Part shown: piece after piece, positions 1 to 7,656 of the stretch
How the letters are laid out: each line of letters begins with the position of its first letter
Numbering within the stretch: position 1 is the stretch's first letter
DNA from: Candidatus Fervidifonticultor quintus
GTDB taxonomy: Bacteria > Sysuimicrobiota > Sysuimicrobiia > Sysuimicrobiales > Humicultoraceae
Direction: 5' to 3'
DNA: 43,061 nt
NCBI GenBank assembly: GCA_031459535.1
Contig: JAVKIJ010000017.1
Location: forward strand, 1 to 43,061
The notes under the pieces: model-generated
What the model was told of the DNA's origin: nothing
Seen by the model: the letters and a program-made list of their open reading frames with translations, nothing else
Database searches by the model: none
Position numbers and translations under genes: made by a program

Positions 1-127
1 GCGAGGGCGGGAGGATCAGGAGCTGATGCGGACTGTAGGGACGGTACTCTTTGGTCGGCATGGACAACGATTCGACTTTAGCGCACTAAAGTCCTGTCCA
101 AGACCGATTTCTCGGACAGGCTCCTAG
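1..127 (-). mobile_element. Left end of an IS1182-family insertion sequence (continues off the window's left edge)
   Basis: Minus strand reads CTAG|GAGCCTGTCCGAGAA (CTAG at 124-127, terminal IR candidate at 109-123), followed by an ORF with an IS1182-like transposase N-terminus. The other end is outside the window. Confidence 0.75.
2..61 (-). CDS. IS1182-family transposase, N-terminal fragment (partial)
   Basis: ATG at 61 gives MPTKEYRPYSPHQLLILPPS, matching the RPYxPxQxxLLPPS start typical of IS1182 transposases. Not in the ORF track. Confidence 0.75.
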   Translation of the reverse strand, partial: MPTKEYRPYSPHQLLILPPS

Positions 128-138
128 CCGTCCGGTCG

Positions 139-828
139 TCAGGTGGCCGCAGGCGCCGGTGGCGAGGCCGCCTCGACCACGGCCCGGACGAACTCCGGCT
201 CGGGCAGCGCACCCACCACCTCCTTCGCGTCGTTGATCACGGTCTTGGGTACCGCGTACACGTTGTACTGTTGCGCGAGCGAGGGAAACTCGCTGACCTC
301 GACGATGTCGGCCCGCACGCGCGGCGAGGTGATCGCGAGGGCGGCAGCCAGCCTGGCCGCCTTCGGACAATGGGGTCAGGTGGGGGTGACGAACACCTGC
401 ACGTGCGCCTCACCCGGCAGCGCCGCCAGCGCCGCGGCGGTCTCGGCTGAGACCGGCGCGCGCCCCTTGGACGCGTCGAGAATCACATCCACCAGGGTGA
501 CGAACTCGTAGCCACCTGGCATCCCGTAGAAGCGCACCCCGAAGTCCTCGGCGCCCACGACGGCGACGGCCGGAGTGCGGGCGATCCCATACTGCTTTGC
601 CAGGTCGGGCTCACTCGCGGCGCTGTGTTCCTCCAGGACGATGCGGTCGGAGAGAGTCGCCACTTCCTTCAGGATCTGCCGCGTGTACTCCACCATCTCG
701 TAGTCCGCGCCCGGCAGCGCGATCCCTCCGAGGCTGGGCGCGAAGAAGACGAGCCGCACGTCATGGCTCATCTCCTCGGTGAACCGCTTGCGCAGGAACG
801 CGGCGTCCTGATCGTTGAGCAGCGGCAT
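139..828 (-). CDS. Selenocysteine-containing protein-disulfide oxidoreductase (PDO/AhpF-NTD-like, two thioredoxin folds), 229 aa with Sec at TGA 376-378
   Basis: The track ORF 376..828 ends at VFVTPT-TGA. Read-through gives U-PHC-PKAARLAAALAITSPRVRADIVEVSEFPSLAQQYNVYAVPKTVIND...AAT* (stop 139-141), i.e. a UxxC motif and the cis-Pro VP motif. The G(M)PGGYEF motif of the PDO family is also present. Confidence 0.9.
343..361 (-). promoter_or_regulatory. Putative bacterial SECIS hairpin
   Basis: GGCGGCCA-GGC-TGGCTGCC stem-loop starting 14 nt 3' of the in-frame UGA, with G in a small apical loop. Confidence 0.65.
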
Positions 829-861
829 GGTTGCTCCCTTCCCAGGAACCCTTCCCCTGCC

Positions 862-887
862 AACGCGGCCCTGCGGGGCGCTATTCC
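862..887 (-). promoter_or_regulatory. Putative ECF (SigR/SigH-type thiol-stress) promoter for the PDO gene
   Basis: Minus strand GGAAT (887-883)-N18-GTT (864-862), matching the actinobacterial sigmaR/SigH consensus, 33 nt before the ATG. Confidence 0.55.
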
Positions 888-910
888 GCCTCCCCGCCGC
901 GTCTGATGAT

Positions 911-938
911 GCAGGGGAGGCGCCCGCACTGAGGGAAA
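911..938 (+). promoter_or_regulatory. GCAGG-N19-GAA putative alternative-sigma promoter
   Basis: GCAGGG-N18-GAAA ending 11 nt before ATG 950; the motif recurs upstream of several other genes. Confidence 0.5.
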
Positions 939-949
939 CACCGCCTCCG

Positions 950-1327
950 ATGGACCAGACCGTCTTCGCAGAGGATCTCGCGGTCCTCGCGCACCTGCGC
1001 GGCTACCCCGAAGACCTCCGCCACTACAGCAACCTGATCAAGCAGGCCCACCCGCGCGGCCTCTCGGCCCTGGCCTTGGTGCTGAGGCGCCCCCAGGCTT
1101 CGGACTCATTGATCGCCGCCGTCTGCCGCTACATCGCCGAGGGCACGCCCATTGCCAGCGCGGTGGAGGCGGCTGAGCTGTTCGGTCTGCCACCGGCCCA
1201 GTTCCTCGACCAGGTGGCGAGTCGGGCGGATTTCCCCAGACCGCTCTTCGCCGTGGAGCACCGGCGGCTGTGGCGCCGGGCCGACCTCGAGGCGTACCGG
1301 GCACAGGGTGGTCCCGGAGGCGGCTGA
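950..1327 (+). CDS. Hypothetical protein with a C-terminal AlpA/excisionase-like winged HTH
   Basis: C-terminus SAVEAAELFGL...DFPRPL...RRLWRRADLEAY resembles the AlpA/MerR-like HTH. ATG 950 chosen; the track start at 815 overlaps the divergent gene. Confidence 0.6.
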   Translation: MDQTVFAEDLAVLAHLRGYPEDLRHYSNLIKQAHPRGLSALALVLRRPQASDSLIAAVCRYIAEGTPIASAVEAAELFGLPPAQFLDQVASRADFPRPLFAVEHRRLWRRADLEAYRAQGGPGGG

Positions 1328-1539
1328 TGGCTAAGGTGGCGCTGTGGGTGACCTGCCGTCACTGCGGGGACGCCTTCGACACCGGGTTGCGCATGGACGA
1401 GGGCTCGTTCCGGCGGGGTACCCTGGCGGCGAACTACCACACCTGTCCCCGCTGTGGCACCCGCCAGACGTATGGCAAGGACGCGTACGAACTGCGCGAG
1501 GCGCCAACAGGCCTGCGCCCTCCCCGCAAAGAAGAATAG
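1327..1539 (+). CDS. Small zinc-ribbon protein (70 aa)
   Basis: CRHC...CPRC motif; TGATG stop/start overlap with the upstream gene. Confidence 0.7.
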   Translation: MAKVALWVTCRHCGDAFDTGLRMDEGSFRRGTLAANYHTCPRCGTRQTYGKDAYELREAPTGLRPPRKEE

Positions 1540-1576
1540 CGTCGCAGGCACGGGCCCCGACAATCGGGAGGCGCGC

Positions 1577-2749
1577 ATGAGCACCCAGGCGGCCATTGTG
1601 GGCGTAGGATGGGCTGGCTTCCGGCCGGTCACGCCCGAGGCGTCGTACAAGGAGCTGATGTACGAGGCGGCCGAGGCGGCCTACGCCGATGCCGGCTTCG
1701 ATCCCCGCACCGACGTTGACTCGTTCGTCACCGTGGCCGAGGACTTCCACGAGGGCACCAGTATCTTCGACGAGTACGTGCCCGACCAGCTGGGCGCCGC
1801 AGGGCGGCCCGTGCACACCATCACCGGCGACGGCCTGCACGGTCTGGCTGCGGCAGTGATGCAGATCCTGACCGGCCGGTTCCGCATCGTGGTGGTCGAG
1901 GGTCACAGCAAGGCCAGCAACATCCTGACGCTGCCGGAGATCACCGCCTACGCGATGGACCCGGTCCTCAACCGGCCCCTTGGCGCGCATCCGCTGGCCC
2001 TGGCCGGGCTGGAGGCCAGCCGCTATCTCCACGAGACGGGTACTTCCCGCGCGCACTGCGCCGCGGTGGCGGCCAAGAATCGCCGCAACGCCCTGCGGCA
2101 CCCTTCGGCCGCCTACGGGGCAGACGTCAGCGCAGAGCAGGTGCTGGCCGCGGAAACCGTGGCGTCGCCCCTTGGGCGCCTCGAGATCAGCGAACCCGCC
2201 GACGGAGCGATCGTGATGGTGCTCGCCGCCGCAGAGGCGGCCCGGACGCTGTCGGCCCATCCGATCTGGGTGCGCGGCGTCGGGTGGGCCACCGACAGTC
2301 CGACCCTGGAGAGCCGTCAGTGGGCCCGCGCCCTCTACGCCGAGCGGGCCGCCGCCATGGCGTACAGGATGGCCGGCATCGCCGCCCCGGCGGACGCGAT
2401 CCAGTTCGCCGAAGTGGACGACACGTATGCCTACAAAGAGCTCCAGCACCTGGAAGCGCTGGGGTTGTGCCAGGCCGCGCAGGCCGGCCCCATGACCGCC
2501 GACGGCGCCACACAGCCGGGCGGCAGGCTGCCCGTGAACGTCTCGGGCGGGAGTCTGGGCGGCGGCCATCTGCTGGAGGCCGCGGGGCTGGCCCGGGCAC
2601 TGGAGGTGGTGCTGCAGCTCCGCGGCCAGGCTGGCGCACGACAGCTTCACCACATCACCACCGGGCTGGCGCAGTCGTGGCGCGGGGTGCCCACGGCTAG
2701 CGGCGCCGTCGCGGTGTTGAGCGCCTCACCGGACGGGAGGACGACATGA
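1577..2749 (+). CDS. Thiolase-fold (SCP-x/Ltp-like) protein 1, lacking the nucleophile Cys
   Basis: AIVGVG start, KNRRNA..HP, DGA..VL, EVDD, VNVSGG motifs; GGAGG RBS before ATG 1577. Confidence 0.9.
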   Translation: MSTQAAIVGVGWAGFRPVTPEASYKELMYEAAEAAYADAGFDPRTDVDSFVTVAEDFHEGTSIFDEYVPDQLGAAGRPVHTITGDGLHGLAAAVMQILTGRFRIVVVEGHSKASNILTLPEITAYAMDPVLNRPLGAHPLALAGLEASRYLHETGTSRAHCAAVAAKNRRNALRHPSAAYGADVSAEQVLAAETVASPLGRLEISEPADGAIVMVLAAAEAARTLSAHPIWVRGVGWATDSPTLESRQWARALYAERAAAMAYRMAGIAAPADAIQFAEVDDTYAYKELQHLEALGLCQAAQAGPMTADGATQPGGRLPVNVSGGSLGGGHLLEAAGLARALEVVLQLRGQAGARQLHHITTGLAQSWRGVPTASGAVAVLSASPDGRTT

Positions 2750-3924
2750 GCACGCGACGGGTGGCGGTGGTCGGCGCCGGGATGACCCGGTTCGTGCGGC
2801 GCGCGCTGGAGACGCCGAAGGAGCTGGCGTGGCAGGCCGCGCGGATGGCACTGGACTCCTGCGGGCTGACGCTGGCGGACGTGGACGCCGTCTGCATCGG
2901 CAGCGCGCCCGAGGCCTTCGACGGCGTGCACATGAAGGGCGAGTACCTGGCCGACGGGAGCGGCGCCTGGGGCAAGCCGGTCATGCGCTCCTACGTCGGA
3001 GGCGGCACCGGGGTGTTCCTGGGCGCGCACGGCTGGTACCACGTGGCCAGCGGGCTGTTCGACGTGGTGCTGGTGGTGGCCGAGGAGAAGATGTCCAGCT
3101 ACGTTCCGCATCCCCAGGCCGCGTTTCTCACCATCTTCGACCACACCACGGAGCGACCGCTGGGCCCCAACCTCCTGTGGATCTTCGCGCTGGAGATGAA
3201 CCGCTACATGCACACCTACGGCATCTCCAAGCGCGACATCGCCCAGGTCGCCGTGAAGAACAAACGCAACGCGGCCGACCATCCCGCCGCGCTGTTGGGG
3301 GATGCCAGCATCACCGTCGACGACGTGCTGAACTCGGAGGTGCTGGCCTGGCCGGTCCAGCGCCTGGATGTGAGCCCGGTGAGCGACGGTGCGGTTGCCG
3401 TCGTGATGGCCTCGGAGCGCGCCGCGCAGCGGATCACGGACAGGCCGGTGTGGGTCCAGGGCGTGGGCTGGAATCTCGACACGGCCTACTGGACGAACCG
3501 CGACCTGGCCTACCCCGAGTACGTCGAGCGGGCCGCCCGCATGGCCTACGACATGGCCGGGGTCAGGGAACCGCGGAAAGAGATCCACATCGTCGAGCCG
3601 TACGACCCGTTCGACTACAAGGAGTGCCACCACCTGGAGGGCCTGCTCCTCGCCGATCGCGGCAAGGCACCGGAGCTGGTGGCCCACGGCGTGACCCTGC
3701 GCCATGGCAGCATGCCCTCCTGCCCGTCGGGCGGGCTGCTCGGCGTCGGCAACCCCATCGCCGCCGCGGGTCTGATGAAGATCGCGGAGGTCTTCTGGCA
3801 GCTGCGTGGCGAGGCCGGCGCACGGCAGGTGCCGGGGCGGCCCGAACGCGGGCTCGCGCAGGCCTGGGGCGACCTGATGCAGGTGGGCACCGTCGTGATC
3901 CTCGGCACACAGAAGCCCGCGTGA
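2746..3924 (+). CDS. Thiolase-fold (SCP-x/Ltp3-like) protein 2, lacking the nucleophile Cys
   Basis: VAVVGAGMT, AEEKMS, KNKRNA..HP, SDGAVA, EPYDPF, PSGGLLGVGNPIAAAG motifs; ATGA overlap with the previous gene. Confidence 0.9.
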   Translation: MSTRRVAVVGAGMTRFVRRALETPKELAWQAARMALDSCGLTLADVDAVCIGSAPEAFDGVHMKGEYLADGSGAWGKPVMRSYVGGGTGVFLGAHGWYHVASGLFDVVLVVAEEKMSSYVPHPQAAFLTIFDHTTERPLGPNLLWIFALEMNRYMHTYGISKRDIAQVAVKNKRNAADHPAALLGDASITVDDVLNSEVLAWPVQRLDVSPVSDGAVAVVMASERAAQRITDRPVWVQGVGWNLDTAYWTNRDLAYPEYVERAARMAYDMAGVREPRKEIHIVEPYDPFDYKECHHLEGLLLADRGKAPELVAHGVTLRHGSMPSCPSGGLLGVGNPIAAAGLMKIAEVFWQLRGEAGARQVPGRPERGLAQAWGDLMQVGTVVILGTQKPA

Positions 3925-3941
3925 AGGAGGGGACCGGCGCC

Positions 3942-4457
3942 ATGACCAGACCCACCACCGCGTATCCGGGCACGGCCCTGCGCGAAGACGACATCACCGC
4001 CGGGCGCGTGCTCACGGTGCACGACCACCTCCGGGCCGAGTACGCCTGGGACGCCGGGCTGGCCATCGGCCGGTATCTGGAAGGGCTCAAGCAGGGGCAG
4101 ATCCTGGGCGTGCGCTGTCATCGCTGCCGGCGCACGGTGGTCCCGCCCCGGGCGTTCTGTGAGCGGTGCTTCTCGCCTATGGACGCGTTCGTCCCGCTCC
4201 CCGACACCGGGACCGTCAACACGTACTCGTTGTGCTACGTCACCTGGGACGTCAGGCGGATCACCGAGCCGCAGCTCCCGGCGGTGATCGACCTGGACGG
4301 CACCTCACCGCGCGCCGGCATCCTCCACCTGCTGGGGGAGATCCGGCCGGAAGCGGTGCGCGTGGGGCTGCGGGTGCAGGCGGCCTGGAAACCGGCAGCC
4401 CAGCGCCGCGGCGCGATCACCGACATCAGGTACTTCAAGCCGCTGCCGGGAGGGTAG
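3942..4457 (+). CDS. DUF35 Zn-ribbon/OB-fold protein 1 (thiolase/aldolase partner)
   Basis: CHRC...PPRAFCERC plus OB-fold (GTV.TY, G.RV.A.W); AAGGAGG RBS. Confidence 0.9.
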   Translation: MTRPTTAYPGTALREDDITAGRVLTVHDHLRAEYAWDAGLAIGRYLEGLKQGQILGVRCHRCRRTVVPPRAFCERCFSPMDAFVPLPDTGTVNTYSLCYVTWDVRRITEPQLPAVIDLDGTSPRAGILHLLGEIRPEAVRVGLRVQAAWKPAAQRRGAITDIRYFKPLPGG

Positions 4458-4459
4458 CC

Positions 4460-4930
4460 ATGCCGCTGGAACCGGTCCGAGAGGTGGAGCGCCTGCGCGC
4501 CTGGAGGGGCGAGCTTCCTGCCGCGCACCGCTATACGGTCGGCCCGGCCGGGGAGCGGTTCTTCCGCGAGCTCAAAGAGGGCGGCCGCATCCTGGGTACG
4601 CGTTGCGGCCGCTGCGGGATCACCTACGTGCCGGGACGGCTGTTCTGCGAGCGCTGCTTCGACGAGCTGAGCGACTGGACGGAGGTGGGGCCCGCCGGCA
4701 CCGTGGAGGCCGTGACAGCATTGCACCTCGCCGCCGACGGGACCAGGCTACCGCAGCCGGTGCTGCTGGCACTAATCAGGCTCGACGGCGCCGACACGGT
4801 CCTGCTCCACTACCTGGACGAGGTGCCCAGAGACGAGGCGCGCATTGGCCTGCGCGTGCACCCTGCGCTCAAGCCCGCCGCCCAGCGTACGGGTTCGATC
4901 CTCGACATCACGCACTTCAGACCGGTGTAG
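4460..4930 (+). CDS. DUF35 Zn-ribbon/OB-fold protein 2
   Basis: CGRC...PGRLFCERC plus OB-fold; paralogous C-terminus (RTGSILDI.HF.P versus RRGAITDI.YF.P). Confidence 0.9.
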   Translation: MPLEPVREVERLRAWRGELPAAHRYTVGPAGERFFRELKEGGRILGTRCGRCGITYVPGRLFCERCFDELSDWTEVGPAGTVEAVTALHLAADGTRLPQPVLLALIRLDGADTVLLHYLDEVPRDEARIGLRVHPALKPAAQRTGSILDITHFRPV

Positions 4931-4935
4931 GGCAG

Positions 4936-5439
4936 CTACCGCCGCCCGGGCGACTGGTCTTCCGCGATGCGGCGCATGTGCTCCAGCAGGTGGAGCGTTT
5001 CGGCCTCGAACGTCTCCTGGATGAGGGCAAACTTGGCCAGTTGCTCCGGTGCCAGGGCTTGAGCGATGAGCTCGAGCTCCCGCCGGCGCCGCGTCTCCAT
5101 CTGCGATCTCAACAGGTTCAGCTCATTAACCTTGAGGCGAATCGCCTCGTCGTCACGCACTGGAGCCGCACTGAGCCGGCGGATCTCGCGCAACAGTGGC
5201 GGCACGCGCCGCCCCATCTCGAGCCTGATGCTCTTCAGCGCCTTGACCCTGGGAAAGATGCGGGCGATCTGCCCCTCGGTGAGGTCGAGCTCGTCCACGA
5301 GGCGCCAGATGAGGAAAGCCTCGATGATGCGTTCGCCCCGCGGCGTGGGATGGGCCTCCTGCCCGACGGCGGGCAGGGTCACCGCCAGCAACACGAGCAG
5401 TACGCCCGCGGCAAAACGTCGCGCGGAGGACACCGTCAC
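4936..5439 (-). CDS. Exported helical protein, Spy/CpxP/ZraP-like
   Basis: Signal peptide, then LDLTEGQ and LAPEQ (LTxxQ-like) motifs in an all-helical domain; GTGA overlap with the anti-sigma gene. Confidence 0.7.
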   Translation of the reverse strand: MTVSSARRFAAGVLLVLLAVTLPAVGQEAHPTPRGERIIEAFLIWRLVDELDLTEGQIARIFPRVKALKSIRLEMGRRVPPLLREIRRLSAAPVRDDEAIRLKVNELNLLRSQMETRRRRELELIAQALAPEQLAKFALIQETFEAETLHLLEHMRRIAEDQSPGRR

Positions 5440-5948
5440 GGCCGCGACCGGTCGGACGCGAAGTCGGCGTCCGGTGTGATGCCCGCGCGCCAGGTCTCCA
5501 GCATCTCGCCCAGGGACGGCAGCGTGCTCGTCATGGTCTCGGTGAGCAGCGCGCGTGCCCTGATTTGCACCGGGTCCGGCTGAGACGGCGCTGGCGCGAG
5601 ACGGACCGCGGCCGTGATCGCCACCGCCACGGCCGCAGTGACTGCGGCGGTGCCGAGGGCGTGGCGCGGGGACGCCAGCCATCGCCATAGACGGGCCGCC
5701 GCCGGGGCGTTCTCACCCGCGGTGCGCTCGTGCAAGTGCTCCATGAACGCCGTCCAGAATCCCGGTGGCACGGCGAACTGCCCGGCCGCTCGCAGGCGCG
5801 CCACAGTGGCCTCGATGGCTGCGGCCTCGTCCCGGCAGCGCTGGCAGACCGCCAGGTGCTCCGCGACACCGACCCGCTGCTCCGGTGGGACCGATCCGGT
5901 CACGGCCTCGGCGAGACGCTCGAGGACCTCCTGGCAACGGTCCGTCAC
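5436..5948 (-). CDS. Zinc-finger (zf-HC2) membrane anti-sigma factor
   Basis: N-terminal C, then HLAVCQRC (HxxxCxxC) and one TM helix; directly downstream of the ECF sigma gene. Confidence 0.88.
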   Translation of the reverse strand: MTDRCQEVLERLAEAVTGSVPPEQRVGVAEHLAVCQRCRDEAAAIEATVARLRAAGQFAVPPGFWTAFMEHLHERTAGENAPAAARLWRWLASPRHALGTAAVTAAVAVAITAAVRLAPAPSQPDPVQIRARALLTETMTSTLPSLGEMLETWRAGITPDADFASDRSRP

Positions 5949-6499
5949 GGCGCCTCCACGCCCTCCTGGGCCAGGGTGCGGCGCAGCCGGCGCAGCGCCG
6001 CGAACATCGTGGCCTTCACCGTGCCCTCGGAACAGCCCATGATGCGCGCGATGTCCTGATAGGGTAGGTCCTGGTAGAGCCTCAGGACCACCATGGCGCG
6101 CTGCCGGGGTGGCAGGGCCGCCACTGCCCGGGCCACCATCCGGCCGGTCTCTCGGTCCTCCGCCACGTCCTCAATGGTCGCGCTGGTCGGGTGATCGCGT
6201 ATCGCCTCGCCGCCCACGACGAGCGGCATCTTCGCCAGCCGGTTGCGCAGGTCGAGACACAGGTTGACCGTGATCCGGTACAGCCAGGTGTAGAGCTGAG
6301 AACGGCCATCGAAGCGGGACAGGGCCCGGTGCGCGCGGACGAAGACTTCCTGGGTGACGTCCGCGGCGTCCTCGTGACTGCCCAGCATCCGGCGCGCCAC
6401 GCGGTAGACGCCGTCGCGGTACTTGATGACGAGCGCCGAAAAGGCGCTATCCTCCCCGCGCCGAAAGGCCTCGACGAGTGCGCGATCCTCGGCGTCCAC
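5945..6499 (-). CDS. ECF RNA polymerase sigma factor
   Basis: Region 2 (DAADVTQEVF, TWLYRITVN) and region 4 (LPPRQR...YQDIARIMGCSEGTVK). GTG 6499 follows AGAGGG. Confidence 0.93.
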   Translation of the reverse strand: MDAEDRALVEAFRRGEDSAFSALVIKYRDGVYRVARRMLGSHEDAADVTQEVFVRAHRALSRFDGRSQLYTWLYRITVNLCLDLRNRLAKMPLVVGGEAIRDHPTSATIEDVAEDRETGRMVARAVAALPPRQRAMVVLRLYQDLPYQDIARIMGCSEGTVKATMFAALRRLRRTLAQEGVEAP

Positions 6500-6520
6500 G
6501 TGGCATCCCTCTATGAATTG

Positions 6521-6546
6521 TAACACCGTCGGGCGCTCTTAGGTTT
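6521..6546 (-). promoter_or_regulatory. Putative ECF autoregulatory promoter AAAC-N18-GTTA
   Basis: Minus strand AAAC (6546-6543)-N18-GTTA (6524-6521); the same motif and spacing occur upstream of the M28 peptidase. Confidence 0.45.
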
Positions 6547-6632
6547 AGACCCCGCGCGGTTCGAATGCTGTGTGGAGTCCAGGGGGAACAGTCGCGGCGG
6601 CCATTGCCGTGGGCCCTCCTCGTGGCCGGACG

Positions 6633-6641
6633 TGGTATGAT
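6633..6641 (+). promoter_or_regulatory. Extended -10 element (TGGTATGAT) for sodA
   Basis: TGnTATGAT in the intergenic region upstream of sodA. Confidence 0.45.
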
Positions 6642-6727
6642 GACGTGGCACACCCCTACAACTGCCGTGTGCGGCGCGTGGAGGATTCCGCCTCCCTCGC
6701 CCACACATTGAAGGAGGAGAGAACGAA

Positions 6728-7345
6728 ATGCCGTTTGAGCTGCCACCGTTGCCATACCCGCACAACGCGCTGGAGCCCCACATTGATGAGATGACCATGC
6801 AGATCCATCACGGCAAGCACCATGCCGCCTACGTGACCAACCTCAACAAGGCCCTGGAGAGCGCGCCCGAGCTGGCGGGCAAGTCCATCGAGGACCTGCT
6901 CTCGCACCTGGACGCGGTGCCGGAGGCCATCCGCACCGCCGTGCGCAACAACGGCGGCGGCCACTACAACCACACCCTGTTCTGGGAGATCATGAAGCCC
7001 GGCGGGCCCGCGGCGCCGGGCGGCGCCCTTGCCGATGCGATCAACACCACCTTCGGCTCGATTGGCAAGCTGCAGGAGGCGGTGAATGCCGCCGGCCTGG
7101 GACGCTTTGGCAGCGGCTGGGCCTGGGTCGTCGTCGAGCCGGGCGGGAGGCTTGCCGTCACCAGCACCCCGAACCAGGACACGCCCATCATGGAAGGCAA
7201 GACGCCGGTCCTGGGCGTGGATGTTTGGGAGCACGCCTACTACCTCAAGTACCAGAACCGTCGGGCCGACTATCTGGCCGCTTGGTGGAACATCGTGAAC
7301 TGGGCCGAGGTGGCGGCGCGCTACGAGCAGGCACGGAGGGGCTGA
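6728..7345 (+). CDS. sodA: Superoxide dismutase, Mn-type
   Basis: [19 protein letters not shown] and DVWEHAYY; the GGG and Q positions favour Mn; AAGGAGG RBS. Confidence 0.95.
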   Translation: MPFELPPLPYPHNALEPHIDEMTMQIHHGKHHAAYVTNLNKALESAPELAGKSIEDLLSHLDAVPEAIRTAVRNNGGGHYNHTLFWEIMKPGGPAAPGGALADAINTTFGSIGKLQEAVNAAGLGRFGSGWAWVVVEPGGRLAVTSTPNQDTPIMEGKTPVLGVDVWEHAYYLKYQNRRADYLAAWWNIVNWAEVAARYEQARRG

Positions 7346-7464
7346 GCCTCGTGCCGCCCGGGCCGCGCGAGGGGAAGGCTGCCGGGACGGTGATCCCCGG
7401 GAGGGAGGAAGCGTCAGAGCAGAAGACGAAGCCGGAAGGTGCGCACGCGAAAGGTGAGCAGCAT

Positions 7465-7641
7465 ATGGAAGAGCAGGAGCTCTGCTGTCCGTATTGCGAG
7501 ACGGTGATGGAGCAGCGCTTCCATCTCCACATGCCCGAGCACGTCTGGTTCGAGTGCCCGATCTGCGGCCACCGCGCCGTGCCTCGAGGGCGCGATTACG
7601 TCACCCCCGAGGACGAGGCGGAGTCGTCGCTGCACTACTAG
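7465..7641 (+). CDS. Small zinc-ribbon protein (58 aa)
   Basis: CPYC...CPIC; AAGGTG RBS; GGAGG-N19-GAA motif at 7404-7431 upstream. Confidence 0.65.
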   Translation: MEEQELCCPYCETVMEQRFHLHMPEHVWFECPICGHRAVPRGRDYVTPEDEAESSLHY

Positions 7642-7656
7642 GCGCGCCCCGGACCG

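Noticed and set aside
376-378. Nonsense mutation (pseudogene) in the PDO gene
   Set aside because: The TGA sits exactly at the catalytic Cys, the downstream frame is intact and a SECIS-like hairpin follows, so selenocysteine is the simpler reading.
887-945. CTGATGA...GAAAC suggesting a hammerhead ribozyme or fluoride riboswitch
   Set aside because: Stem II is not followed directly by GAAA, there is no matching stem III/GUH, and the fluoride GAUGGxGUUC loop is absent. The bases are better explained by promoter motifs.
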